A DNA stretch of 64,000 bases from Zygnema circumcarinatum SAG 698-1b (taxonomy: Eukaryota; Plantae; Zygnematophyceae). Of the stretch, positions 36,401 to 47,789 are shown in pieces (position 1 is the stretch's first letter; each line of letters starts with the position of its first letter). The notes beneath the pieces are model-generated. The model did no database searches. It was given only the letters and a program-made list of their open reading frames with translations, and had not been told where the DNA came from. The stretch lies in the NCBI GenBank assembly GCA_037447605.1, contig CM074820.1, positions 682,001-746,000 on the forward strand, in the 5' to 3' direction. Both the position numbers and the translations under genes were made by a program.

Positions 36401-39384
36401 CCTTCCAGTAAGGGACATCTTTGGGAGTGAGTCAACTTCACCCCCTACCACTGCCCCCTTGTTTCCAGCGGCATCGGAGTCGCAAGAAGAATTCGCACGG
36501 CGCCCGGAGGCGCCGCATGATCCCTCCCCGACACCTCAAGAGGAGCTGCCCGGAGGAGAAGAGCCCGAAGACGACGATTTTGACCAGGAGTCCACGGAGG
36601 AAGAAGCAATTGAGGCACCGGCACCACGTACCTGGATTCCACGCCACGGTATGGATCCACCCTTGTATGCAAATGCAAAGGGGTTCACTCCGAACTACGG
36701 CGACAAGCCACCCTACAGAGATAGGCATCAACCGAAATGGTTCGGTAGAGGAGGACCAACGAGGAGGCCGACGAGAAGGAGAGAGGAGCCTGAAGAGAGA
36801 GCTCCCCTTGACTCCGCCGATTTTGCGGGAATGGCGATCTGCCTCATGGCACACGAAGGGGAGCCGCAAACGTACTCCGAAGCGTTGGAGTGCGATGATG
36901 CGGCCAAGTGGAAGGTGGCCATCAAGAGTGAACTCGACAGCCTCATGGAGAACGGAACGTGGCGGCTGGAGCCGCTACCTCCAGGCCGCAAGGCCATAGG
37001 CTGTAAGTGGGTCTTCAAAATCAAGAGGAAATCAGACGGGAGTGTAGACAGATATAAGGCGAGGCTAGTGGCGAAGGGATTTGCGCAGAAATTTGGCATA
37101 GATTACTCGGAAACGTTCGCACCAGTCGTCAAGTTTAATTCCCTGCGATCTCTGATTTCCATTGCGGCTGAAGAAGGAATGTATGTCCATCAACTGGACA
37201 TCAAGACAGCCTTCCTCTACGGGGATTTAGAGGAGAGCATCTACATGAAGCAACCGGAAGGGACGGTTGAACCAGGAGCCGAGCACCTGAGCTGCAGGCT
37301 TGTGAAGAGCCTCTACGGGCTCAAGCAAGCTCCAAGGATCTGGTATCAAAAGATACACGAACTGCTCTTGATGAATGGCTTCACCCGCTTCCAAGCAGAC
37401 CACTCGGTCTACAAGACGGGAGAAGGAGCGGCTCAGATGTTCGTCGGCATCTACGTCGATGACCTTATCATCGTGAGCGCTTCAATGGTGAGCATTCAGG
37501 GCCTCAAGGACCTGCTGAGAAAGAGCTTTCAGATGAGTGATCTTGGACCTGCGGAGTACCTCTTAGGAATTCAGCTTAAGAGGGGAAAGGATAGCAGCAT
37601 GTTCTTAAGCCAGGAGAAGTACGCTAGGGAGGTGCTAGCACGCTTCAGAATGGAGAAGTGTACCCCGTGCTCCTCCCCCATGGACGGGAGCACGCAGCTC
37701 AGCGCGGACATGAGCCCGCGGACGGCAGCGGGGAGAAAGGAGATGGAGAAGATTCCGTACAGGTCTGCGATCGGCAGCCTGATGTACCTCATGGTGGGAA
37801 CGCGCCCAGATCTCGCCAAGGCCGTGAGTACGGCCAGCCGGTACATGGAGAATCCGGGGGTACAACATTGGGAAGCGGTTAAGAGGATCTTTCGATACCT
37901 CAAAGGTACGCTTCATTATGGAATCCGATTCGAGAGGGGGAGCGGCAGCGAAGTGTACGGATACACCGACGCTGATTGGGGAGGTGACCCGGATACGGCC
38001 AGATCGACATCTGGATACGCGTTTCTGAACGCGGGCGGCGTCATTTCTTGGAGTTCGAAACTGCACGAAACGGTGGCGTTATCTTCTACCGAATCTGAGT
38101 ATATGGCCGCGTGTCACGCAGCCAGGGAGGCCGTGTGGATCGCGCTCTTCTTTGATGAGTGTGACCGACCACAACTCCCGGTGCAGATTCTGTCGGACAA
38201 CCAATCTTCGATCGCGCTCATTGAGAACCCTGTATTTCATCGGAAGAGCAAGCATATCAAGATCCAGTACCACTTCACGAGAGAGTTAGTGGATGCTGGA
38301 AAGAGATCGGGCGCGCCATTCGCATTTTATCTACTTATTACCGGGCGCAGATATGCTTCAATTTAAGGGAGTTCGGGACCTATTAGTGTGGAGGAACAAT
38401 CACTTCCTCGATTGGGACCCTTATCGCGGCTCAAATTTCAGTAGGGATTGCTGGTACAAAATGGCCAAAGGCCGCATTACAACCGTTGGGGACATGTAAT
38501 TCTCTTAGGATATGAAGGACCTAGGACTTAGGGCGCTGACGCCGTTTACGCGATGGTCGGGCGCCGACGCCAAAGTTCGGAGGTTAACCACGCCGTACCG
38601 CTGACACGGACCAAACGAAATGTCGGGCGCATTTTACCTACTTCGGCGGAGCGACGCCACTAAGGAGCGCTGAGATCGGAATGTGAACGGAGGCGCGACG
38701 ACAAATATTCACAGTGACTCGAACTGAAACTTAGGACGAGTTTCAGTTAGGCGCCGCTGAAAAGTTTCGCTGCATTGAATCGGTGCCGCGTTTCGAAAAC
38801 TCAAGGCGCTGAAGTTGGGCGCGGGCGCCAGAGCACTCACTCTGAGTGTGCTCCCTCCCACCGAGCCATGCCACCGCGTGCAGAGACTTGCACAGAGGCG
38901 CACTAAGCACTGAGAATGCCATGGCGGACACAAGCCCACGTAGGGGTCTGTACAGCCTGTGCATGCTGGCGGCCGTGACCGGGTCACCGCCCGGCGAGTT
39001 GGGCATAAGGCCTCCGCTGGGAGAAGCTTAGTATCCAGAATCACCCGAGCCTTTATGGGGAGGTTCATGCCTACTGCTATTGCACTGGAAGCAGTGCTTC
39101 CCGAGTGTAGGTAGCTGTCTGAGGAAGGGTGTGTGGTAATAGGGCAGCCGCAAAGGCCGCTTATAGTAGAGAGAGCGTGAGATAGAGCCAGAGCCGGGAG
39201 TAGTTTGCTGCCTGCGCCTGTTGTATCTTTCATTGTATAAAGAAGAGGTTTTCGGCCGGTGGGCTTTTCTCTTACACACTGTCTCTCAGTTCTTGCTTGG
39301 CTCACGGTAGTCATCATGGCCGAGAACAACACGGGAGAAGACACGACCAGAGGGGGCTCAGTTTTTGACCCCTCAATCTCAACA
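33482..39384 (+). mobile_element. Ty1/copia LTR retrotransposon (family D), near full length, TSD CAACT. 5' LTR 33482->34281 (gap); 3' LTR ~38449-39384
   Basis: TGTTG...CAACA termini; CAACT at 33477-33481 and 39385-39389; LTR sequences shared at both ends. Confidence 0.95.
34299..38366 (+). CDS. Copia gag-pol polyprotein (2 zinc knuckles, PR, GAG-pre-integrase, IN, RT, RNase H); N-terminus lies in a gap
   Basis: CNYCKRKGHLEADC, WLIDSGAS, LWHRRLGH, HSDLCGP, RTDNGGEY, YKARLVAKG, SLYGLKQAP, YVDD, GYTDADWGGD. Confidence 0.95.
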   Translation: MKRGGAPGTFCNYCKRKGHLEADCRTKKAAQGGGRPSGVPHGDKKKGKEMLCFQCQKPGHLARNCPGSGSAQIEASNMASDAKPAEFVNQIFMNKDNLSPWLIDSGASKHMCGDKSLFTEMTLLDQSRAVTSATGDEVSVTHGGFVQLSPTGEGTASKLRIGSVLHTPTLKNNFFSVSQICKGGYEGVFREESCKIVHRKTRKVLCRGTQRDGLYFLDWLPSSKESVSAVRTGSTRKGSTRASHGPFNDREPARATISATSRGPARKGAREGSESHPARGRPDSGSNDCSPAHDTGSSDKGAAPASGREREGGAARALDSARKDRRDAKPKSGICDGTATSGTSDVSQSSEATRRDMTSRNIQKSTATDFIEEQESVHEASDAAQLWHRRLGHLSFSGLEALATQSLVRGLPSTKISTPEAVCPDCAAGKIHRHPFKSFGAEKHRASKLLELVHSDLCGPITPESKGGSRYFITFLDDYSRKIWVVLLKFKSEAFETFRTWQLEVERQTGEKVQRIRTDNGGEYRSLXXXXFSAHLKSLGIRHEFTAPYSPQSNGAAERVNRTLGDMARAMLSESPFTLDFWGEAILTAAYIRNRCPSSALKDEKKVPEEMWSGNKPTVQHLRVWGSKCWIAVPKVKLDTKFSPRSEFGYFLGYNADSLTYRVWNPSTQKVMSSRDLQVDENSKGEQQMRTGVEPPPDIEFLPVRDIFGSESTSPPTTAPLFPAASESQEEFARRPEAPHDPSPTPQEELPGGEEPEDDDFDQESTEEEAIEAPAPRTWIPRHGMDPPLYANAKGFTPNYGDKPPYRDRHQPKWFGRGGPTRRPTRRREEPEERAPLDSADFAGMAICLMAHEGEPQTYSEALECDDAAKWKVAIKSELDSLMENGTWRLEPLPPGRKAIGCKWVFKIKRKSDGSVDRYKARLVAKGFAQKFGIDYSETFAPVVKFNSLRSLISIAAEEGMYVHQLDIKTAFLYGDLEESIYMKQPEGTVEPGAEHLSCRLVKSLYGLKQAPRIWYQKIHELLLMNGFTRFQADHSVYKTGEGAAQMFVGIYVDDLIIVSASMVSIQGLKDLLRKSFQMSDLGPAEYLLGIQLKRGKDSSMFLSQEKYAREVLARFRMEKCTPCSSPMDGSTQLSADMSPRTAAGRKEMEKIPYRSAIGSLMYLMVGTRPDLAKAVSTASRYMENPGVQHWEAVKRIFRYLKGTLHYGIRFERGSGSEVYGYTDADWGGDPDTARSTSGYAFLNAGGVISWSSKLHETVALSSTESEYMAACHAAREAVWIALFFDECDRPQLPVQILSDNQSSIALIENPVFHRKSKHIKIQYHFTRELVDAGKRSGAPFAFYLLITGRRYASI

Positions 39385-41631
39385 CAACTTAACCCCTGCA
39401 GCCTTCATCACTGGTTTGGACAGAACTGTGCGCATAGCTCCTGTGTCGATCATGGCCTTGCTGGGATGACCGTTTAGCCAGACATTGACAATGATTCGCA
39501 CGTTGGGTGTTGGGATCAGAGGGAGGACATGAATCTGGCGAGGAGGATGGCGGGGGGAGCGAACTGGATCTGGAAGAGGCGCCGTGGCCATGTGGTGTAT
39601 ATCTGCCGGCGAGGGGATGTCCGGAGGAGGTGCCATGGGAACCGTGGGAGGCCGCAGGGTGGCCTCTGCACTGTCGGCCAGCTTACAAACTACGGCTGCA
39701 GCACCTGGAACCAGCTGCATCAACTGTGACAAGGTAATGCCGATCTTAGCCTTGTCTCCCATGAGCTGATGAACCATGCGTTCAATCAGGGATAGGCCAT
39801 CTGTCGGGGGAGGTGGGCGACGATCAGCTGCTTGGGGGTAGAAACGGGCTGCCCGAGGGCGATGGGGAGGGTTGACGTGCATTTCTTCTGTCGCTGGTGC
39901 TGTCGGCTCTGGCTGTGCCGTTGTCGGCTCCTCCTCATTGAGATCATCTGTTTCCTCCTCAGGCATGGATCCCAAGGGATGACCCGTGGAAGGAGGGAGG
40001 ACTGAAGTTCTCCGGACAGGGGGGGCGACCGGTGGAGTCGTGCCAGAGGAGCTGGCGCCGTTGACATTGGCAGGGAGGAAGGGCAGGGGATGAGCATGAG
40101 GATCGCTTTGGTTGACAGGGAGCCTGCGCAAGGCAGTTGCAATCTCGGCGATCCGGGCTTGAGCACCTTCTTCAGAATTGATGGGTGATTCAGACCAAGC
40201 CGGGTGTAATGCCGCGGCAATCTGTGCAGTGCGGGCGCGGGCAGCCAGATCGGGCTCGGCCCCCAATGCGTTTGTCAAGGAAGGGGAGTCCATGGGGTGC
40301 AGATGTATTGGCGGACGCTGCAGGATGGTATAAGCGGGTGAAGGAGGTGGAGGCAGGCGAAAGGGAGCCGGAGTTCTCGGTGGTGTGTGAATAGCCGGGA
40401 GCATGTCCATGAAGGTGATCTCTGCAGGTGAGCTCCCTGCAGCTGCCTCTTTCCCCTTTCAGGCCTTCTCACTTGAAAGTCTCCGCATGCACACACGGGC
40501 ATCATGTCCCGTGATCTGGCAGAAGGTGCAGGTCCATGGTCCACAACGCAGCCGCGGATTATGATTCAGGCCGCAGGCAAGACAAACGCCCTCTGGAACC
40601 CCTGCCTCTGTCATTCGACTGCGCAAATCGGCCCTGGCAGCCTCTCTCTCTTCGGGTGTGCGATCGGGATAAGGACCCCGATAACCTGGACGAGAAACAT
40701 CGGGTATGTGAGGATTCACCGAAGGCTCAATGGGATGCGCAGGATCATGAGGGTATGGAGAAGGGGGAAGGGGCTTGGTCGTGCTGGCTATAGCCAGTGG
40801 CTGCACCACAGGGGCTGCCCGGACGTCCTGAGCAGGGATGCCGGAGAAAGACGGCTTGTTCCTAGAAGATGTAGCGTAGGGATCATACAACTACTGATTC
40901 TGTGTCTTCAGGAACTGCTGGTATAGTCGATCTTGTCGTGGATCGGTAGCATTCATGTAGTGTGGTCGTACATGTCGGTTGCCTCTCTCTTGATCCTTCT
41001 GAATTCGCTCTGCTCTTTCTAACAAAGCCTAGGCATCTGCTGGTGGGTTGTCGCGCAGTTCACGATCCAGGTGAAGATCTTTCTCGCTGATAGCCTTGCG
41101 GAACCACTAGAGAACCTCGGGAAAGTCAGGCAAGTTCTCGATCGTATTTGCCATGCGCACAAAACGCTCAGTGAATTCAAACAGCCGCTCATCACTGTAG
41201 CATTCTATGTAGCGAAGTCGGTCTAGCACAGTGATCGGATCTGAAATCCAGCGTTGTCTGAAAGCTTGCTTGAATGTGTCCCTTGTCAGGGTGCCGACGA
41301 CATCTGCTCTGTGCCAGTTTCGGGACAGCTTCCAGTTGACTGCCTCGCCTTCCAGCGCCCCAAGGGCCAGCTTGATCCACTGGTCCTCCTTCAGGTCTGC
41401 TTGCGCTGCCTTCTCCTCAAGGTGTCTCAGCCAGGCTTCTGCATCTTCCTGCTTGCCGGTGAATCCTCTGGTGATGATGCCCGTGGTATCTCTCACCTCA
41501 CTCTTTTCAGGAATCATGGCTATCAGTTTTGTCATCATCTCTTCCATCTTGGTGGGAAACTCAGATCTGATACGTGTGCTTCTCTGCAGGTTGGTGCGAA
41601 AGCTGGAGGGTCCTTGCGATCGTCCTGCCCT
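39385..41631 (-). mobile_element. Family C gypsy gag C-part and protease N-half (with stops/frameshifts)
   Basis: Retrotrans-gag-like FTGKQEDAEAWL...ALEGEAVNW; knuckle CTFCQITGHDARVC; protease AMIDTGAMRTVLS. Confidence 0.88.
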
Positions 41632-43817
41632 TGTAACAGCTGAAATCTACCTTCTTCAGCCTGCGCGGAATTGCACTCAACCAGCACTCAGCAAAACAGA
41701 GTTCAGAATGAGAGGGCTTCAGAGAGAGAGAGGGCGCTTCAGAGTCGGGAGCAGCCCGGGATGGCCGTGCAACCGTATGCCGGTACGTTGGTTGGGTGAC
41801 GACAGTCACCCACGCCCCTTTACGCTTCCCCCGTCGAACCTCCTACCAGCATGGAGGATTGGAAGCGAGGGAAACATCCAATAGCGGGAACCGCCCGCGT
41901 GTTATTCCTCTCTAACTTCGAATGAATTGAGGTGGCCTGCTTGTCTGGAGAATGCTGCGCCCGCATTCGCTGGCCTGCCCCGCCGCTTGGCCTTATGGCC
42001 AGCGCCCGCCCGTATCTGCATCCAGTCTGCTTGATGCCGGATCCCTTGTAGCCCTTGGTCAAGCCCAGCCGATCCCGATCCGTACCCGCGGTAACCCATG
42101 CTATGCGGACGACGGTTACGTTCCAAAACGTAAGGAAGATGTGGTCGGGATTCCGTGATCCCTCGACCACATCGGCGACGCGATACATATATGTCTCAGT
42201 ATACCGCGCCGCATCGAACCCTTGCAACCTTCGCAAGGTTCGATCCCAGGACCCTTCCNNNNNNNNNNAGGTGGTCCCCGACGCCTTGGCCACTCGGCCC
42301 GCGCCCGGGGTGAGAGTACTAGGACGGAGCGCGCCCTAAGTACACCTCCCGTGGGTGACTGTAGCGTTTCGCTACATTACTCCCCCCCTGTGAGGATGTG
42401 AACGCCCTCGTTCACGTGTGTGGGGTAGTAAAGGCAGCTCGTAGTTTCAACGGCACGCGTCGAACTCTACGTGATAACCGGGAGGGCTCAGCGATAATCC
42501 CGGTCAAGTCCCTTTCCGAGTTGCGCGGGGACGGCTCAGGAACCCCCCGTGCCGCCCTCGCCCGCTCTCCTGCGGCCTGCGCCTCCCAGTACAAGTTGAT
42601 GAGCTCCTGGCAATTGGTTAAGTTGCCCTCGGCTTCCCATGTGCTATGTTCAACCCCATAGCCCAACCACTTCACGAGGTATTCGTGACGGGAAGAGCGA
42701 CCCTTTCTCACAATACGGTGGGCTTGAATGGTTTCAACTTCGTACTCAAGTTCACCTTCAAGTTCCACTGGTGAGGGAGGTGGTTGGATCCTCCCATCGC
42801 TGCGGTAGGCCTTTAGCAATCCCACATGAAAGACCGGATGCATTTTCATATGGGCTGGTAAATCCAACCGGTAAGCGACCTCATTGATGCGCTTCATGAC
42901 CCTGAAGGGCCCAATGAAGCGGGGCCATAGCTTACGTGTTCCGCCATAAGCTTTGAGTCTCAAGTTCGCCGTACTTAGCAACACCTCATCGCCTTCGTTG
43001 AAGGTGAGTTGGGTACGGTGACGGTCAGCATAGGCCTTTTGTCGCGACTGGGCCGCTAGCAGGGTCTGCCGTGCCCTCTGCAGCGCCTCAGACATTAGCC
43101 GGACAAAAGATCTGACTGCGGGAGGTTGAGTCCCATCAGTTCCTCTCAGCTTCCAAGGATCGGGGGTTCTGTGGACGCCCATGTTCCACGGATCAGGGGG
43201 CTGATCCCTTGGTTGCAGGGGATTTAGAGGATGCTGGCCAAAGTTCAAGAAGAAAGGGGTGGTACCAATGGACTCCTGGTAAGCATTATTGATGGCATAC
43301 TCCAGCCTTTGGGGCGAGTTCGTCCCACTATCCGGGGTGGGTCCACATAATGCGGAGAATCCTCGGGGATCCTGTTCACGGATTAAGATACGTACCGTAG
43401 GTTTGGGTGGAAAATTTGTACTTTCAGCGCTGCTTGGTCCCCAGCGATTTTGAGCACTTCCGTCCAAAAATGGCCGGTGAATCGTGGATCACGGTCAGAC
43501 ACAATTTCTGACTGAAGACCATGCTGGCTCCACACTTTGTCAACATACAACCGTGCAATCTCGTCGGCCCCAGCTGTCTTAGTAGTTGGTGCAAAATGCA
43601 CCATCTTGCTGAGCCGATCGACAAAGACGAGGATGGAGTCATGCCCCCGAGGTGTCACAGGAAGATCTGTGATCAAGTCCATACCCACACTATCCCATTT
43701 CCGAAAAGGAGGTGTGAGGGGATGCAGCTGGCCAGGGATCCTGCCAGTGCGGGGTTTGTTTCGTTGACAAGTTGGACAAGCGAGTACATATGCTTTCACA
43801 TCCCTCGAGAGTCCAGG
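41632..43817 (-). mobile_element. Family A chromovirus 3' part: integrase-GPF-chromodomain, PPT, 3' LTR 41632-42376
   Basis: KLWPRFIGPF, HPVFHVGLLK, YEVETIQAHR...EYLVKWLGYGVEHSTWE; PPT 42377-42390. Confidence 0.94.
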
Positions 43818-46800
43818 TGTAGCGAAACGCTACAGTCACCCACGGGAGGTGTACTTAGGGCGCGCTCCGTCCTAGTACTCTCACCCCGGGCGCGGGCCGA
43901 GTGGCCAAGGCGTCGGGGACCACCTGGGACCGGGAAGGGTCCTGGGATCGAACCTTGCGAAGGTTGCAAGGGTTCGATGCGGCGCGGTATACCGAGACAT
44001 ATACGTATCGCGTCGCCGATGTGGTCGAGGGATCATGGAATCCCGACCACATCTTCCTTACGTTTTGGAACGTAACCGTCGTCCGTACAATTACGGGTTT
44101 CCGTTGGTACGGACGGACTGTCAGTCGGACCCCGCGCCGCGCGCGTAGGATCCGACCGTGCACCGACGTACGGCGGCGCGTCGCGTCGCGGCGCGCGNNN
44201 NNNNNNNGGAGAACACCGCCCCTCTTCCCACCCAACCGGAGCCCGTGGCTCCGGTAGAAGCCTCAACTGGGCCCTACCCCATGATCGGGGCCCACATCAC
44301 CGTGGGCGCGGCCCAGAAGATGAGGAACAGGATTGAGGATCTGGGGAAGAGCGTGAGGGAGCAGAACGTGAATACGTTGAGCTGCTCAAGGAAGGTGGAC
44401 GACATGGAGCTCACGGTCCGCCGTCTGGTGGACACGCTCCAAATGGAGTTCCGGAGCCTTTCGGACAGGTTCCGAAGGATCGAGGAAGGTATGCCCCGAA
44501 CCCCCCCTCAGGCTGTAGAGGCAGTGGATGCAGCAGGTCCTGGGGAAGGGGTTAGGCAAGCCACTCCGGTAGCGTCGTCTGTCCCGACGCCCCAACCGGC
44601 TGCCGGAAGCAGCCGGCAGAAGTCCGGACCCCCTGGTTTTTCCACGGGGGGAAGCCACTCCCATGGGGGTGGCGAACCACCCAGCAGTGGGGGACCCCCG
44701 TCGGGGGCAGCTGCTGGGGGCGGAGGAGATCCCAGTCCTCGGACTGCTCCCCCGCAACCTACTGAGGATGCCCGACGGAATCGGGCCAAAGTGGCCCCGG
44801 TTTCCGATTGGGGTGAACATCCTAACACGGACTGCTCGATTGAGCAGTGGTTGGGTCAAACGAAGGGTTACCTTCTTGCGACCAACTGTCCCCCCCTCCA
44901 GTGGGTAAGCTTTGCTTACCCAGCACTCAGAGGAGCCGCATACCGTGTGTATGAGGGCCTCTCTGATGAATTAGGGGCGATTAAGGATAAGTTGAGATGA
45001 ACTTATCGACACTTTGGGGCCTTGGATCAGGCTTGGGTAGGGATAAGTTTGAGAACATGGTCCAAGCGGCGGCGTCAGCGGTTTACGCGAGACTGGGCAA
45101 GTAATTACTCAGATCACCACTCACAAGCACAGACAGGCTGAGTTCTTTTCCCGCCGGGGAATGGCTTGAAGCCACACATGAGAGCGGTAGAACTAACCCG
45201 GACTCACGGCAGTGGGACCCGTGACTTCACGAAACGTACTTTGATCACGGCCATTGATTGGACACGCCCTGCGGTGGCGTGCAGGCCCTTCCGACCCGGC
45301 GAGAGGTGGGGCGGCGTGGCACAGTGCGTGGAAGGCGGGACCCTCAGCTCACACTTGGCTGGCGAGGAAAAGAACAGCGAGCGGCGGAAGTGGTACGCCG
45401 CCCTGCCAACTACTGCGCGACGCTGAAGTTGACTCGAGGAAATGGAAGATGCGGCGGGAGAACAAGTGTTTCCGCTGCCGCAAGGAGGGGCACAAGGCCC
45501 GTGATTGCCCTCTGAACACCAAGGACAAGAAGGGCAAGGGGCCGGAAAACCCCAACCCACCAGCAGCTTAGGGGTCGTTGCTGGTGGACATGCTAGGCTA
45601 GGGGGAGGGAATGGGGCTGCCATCAGGGATAAAAGACTCTTGTTTCTTAGAACCCTGGACATTCTTAACTTGGTGGACAGGCCTTTGGGAGTGCAAGATC
45701 TCTTTGTGTTTGATGTACTCCCTTCTTCCATTTCTCTTTCCCCTGCCACTGTAGTGACTCCTTCTGGGTTTATGGATGTCGTGATGAATGGTGATTGGCA
45801 TGTCTTTATCCTCAATGTCATGGGCGATGATGTTCTCATGCAATGTGCCATGGATGCTTTGCATGTCATGGGAAACACCTCCATGTCCTTGGGCTGCATG
45901 TGCTGGTTCCTCAGCACATGGCAGTTCGCACCTTTCCCAACGCCACTTGGCGGTTGGTGAAACAGTTGAGGAAAGGGCACACGTTGGTGCAAGAGATGGA
46001 AGGATCCACCAGCTTGCTGGTTGGCTCACCCTACACATTGGTGTGGAGGACGACTCGTCCTCAACCTTCGCATATAGTGCGATCTATGTTCCACCTTGCC
46101 CATCGTGCCATGACCTTCATCGGATCAGCCAATGGTCACCCAGCAGTTCTACTGCTAGATACTGGGGCAGATGCTAACTTTGTTAGTTCTGCGTTCACCC
46201 AGAGGTTTAAGTTGACCACAGATCCCCATTCGGAAAGTGTTACTTTCGGGGATGGACGCAAGGGCCAGATCTCTGGTAGCGTCACACTCAAGATCAAGCT
46301 CCAATCCTACTCCGGGGCAGTCAAGTGTCTTCTAACACAACTGGCCCCTGGTACTGATGTTATTTTGGGGAGTGCTTGGTTAACCATGGTCAAAGCACAA
46401 ATGGACTTTTCTATCCCACATTGCATTCTGCACAGTGGTGATAGGCGGCTTACCCTGCACCCTGGCAGAGCCACATCCGCTGCTATCAAGCAGCCTGCCA
46501 CTCCTTATCTCTGCTCAGCTATGCAATTGGCCAAAGCAGTTAAGGAAGGTTGCACCTTGTTTATGGTGCAAGTCATGGCACCCACGGAAGATGTCCATGA
46601 CGAAGATCAGGAATGGCAGATCACACCTACGGATGTGCTCTCGGCTGTTCCATCCAAAATCCAACCTCTGTTGGATGAGTTCAGGGATGTTTTCCCTGAC
46701 GACCTTCCAAGAGGGTTGCCACCATCGAGAGGGGTGGGGCACACAATCCCTCTTGAGCCTGAGCAAAAGCCGCCTTGGCGGCCGATCTATCGGTTAAGCC

Positions 46801-47779
46801 CGAAAGAAACCGAAGAGATGCGAAAGCAGTTGGCAACTTTACGTGAAAAGGGCTGGATAGAACCCAGTCAAAGCCCCTTTGGGGCGCCCATCTTGTTTGT
46901 TGGGAAGAAAGATGGTTCGTTGAGGATGTGCATTGATTATCGCGCACTCAACAAGATCACCGTAAAGAACCGTTTTGCTTTACCACGTATTGATGATCTG
47001 TTGGATCGTCTTCACGGCGCCAGAGTGTTTACTTCACTCGACCTTGCTCAGGGGTACCATCAAATCCGTGTTACGGAAGCTGATGTGCCAAAAACTGCGT
47101 TCCGGACGCCGATTGGTCATTTCCAATATAAGGTGTTGCCCTTTGGATTGACTAATGCTCCGGCGACTTTCCAGGCTGTCATGAACGAGATGTTCTACGG
47201 CATGGACGAGTTTGTTTTAATTTACCTCGATGATATCCTTGTCTTCAGTAAGACAGAGGTGGAACATCTTGAACACGTTCGGAAAGTGTTTGAGACCCTG
47301 AGAAAACACCAGTTTTATGCCAAGAGGAAAAAGTGTCACTTCATGCAACGTGAGTTGCTCTATCTTGGGCATATCTTGAATGATCAGGGTCTTCGGCCTG
47401 ATCCTGCCAAAGTTTCAGCGGTAGAAACTTGGGCGCCACCGACTGACTTGCATCAGTTGAGGTCCTTCTTGGGATTTGCGAATTATTTTCGTAAGTTCAT
47501 CCAAGGGTTTAGTAAGTTGGTTACTCCCTTGACTAATTTGACACGTTCCGGTGTCCCCTTTACATGGACCCCTGAATGCCAGCATGCATTCGAAGGTGTG
47601 CGCCATGCACTTGTTACCGCACCCACTCTCCGTTTAGCGGACCCGTCCAAGCCTTATGAAGTGGTTTGTGATGCTTCGGGATTCGCCTTGGGTGCCGTCT
47701 TGTTTCAAGATGGCCAACCTTTAGCGTATGAAAGCCGCAAAATGAATCCCGCTGAGCGCAACTATTCTGCAACAGAACA
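43818..47779 (+). mobile_element. Third family A chromovirus copy (LTR, gag, pol PR-RT-RH) inserted antisense in the integrase of another copy; truncated at a gap
   Basis: TGTAGCGAAACGCTACA LTR start at 43818; pol ORF 45843-47807 with LLDTGA, YLDD and VVCDASG. Confidence 0.92.
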
Positions 47780-47789
47780 NNNNNNNNNN

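Noticed and set aside
38300-38499. Novel C-terminus on the copia RNase H and a small downstream ORF
   Set aside because: The sequence becomes error-rich here (the 3' LTR start is a garbled version of 33482 onward), so this is probably a low-quality consensus.
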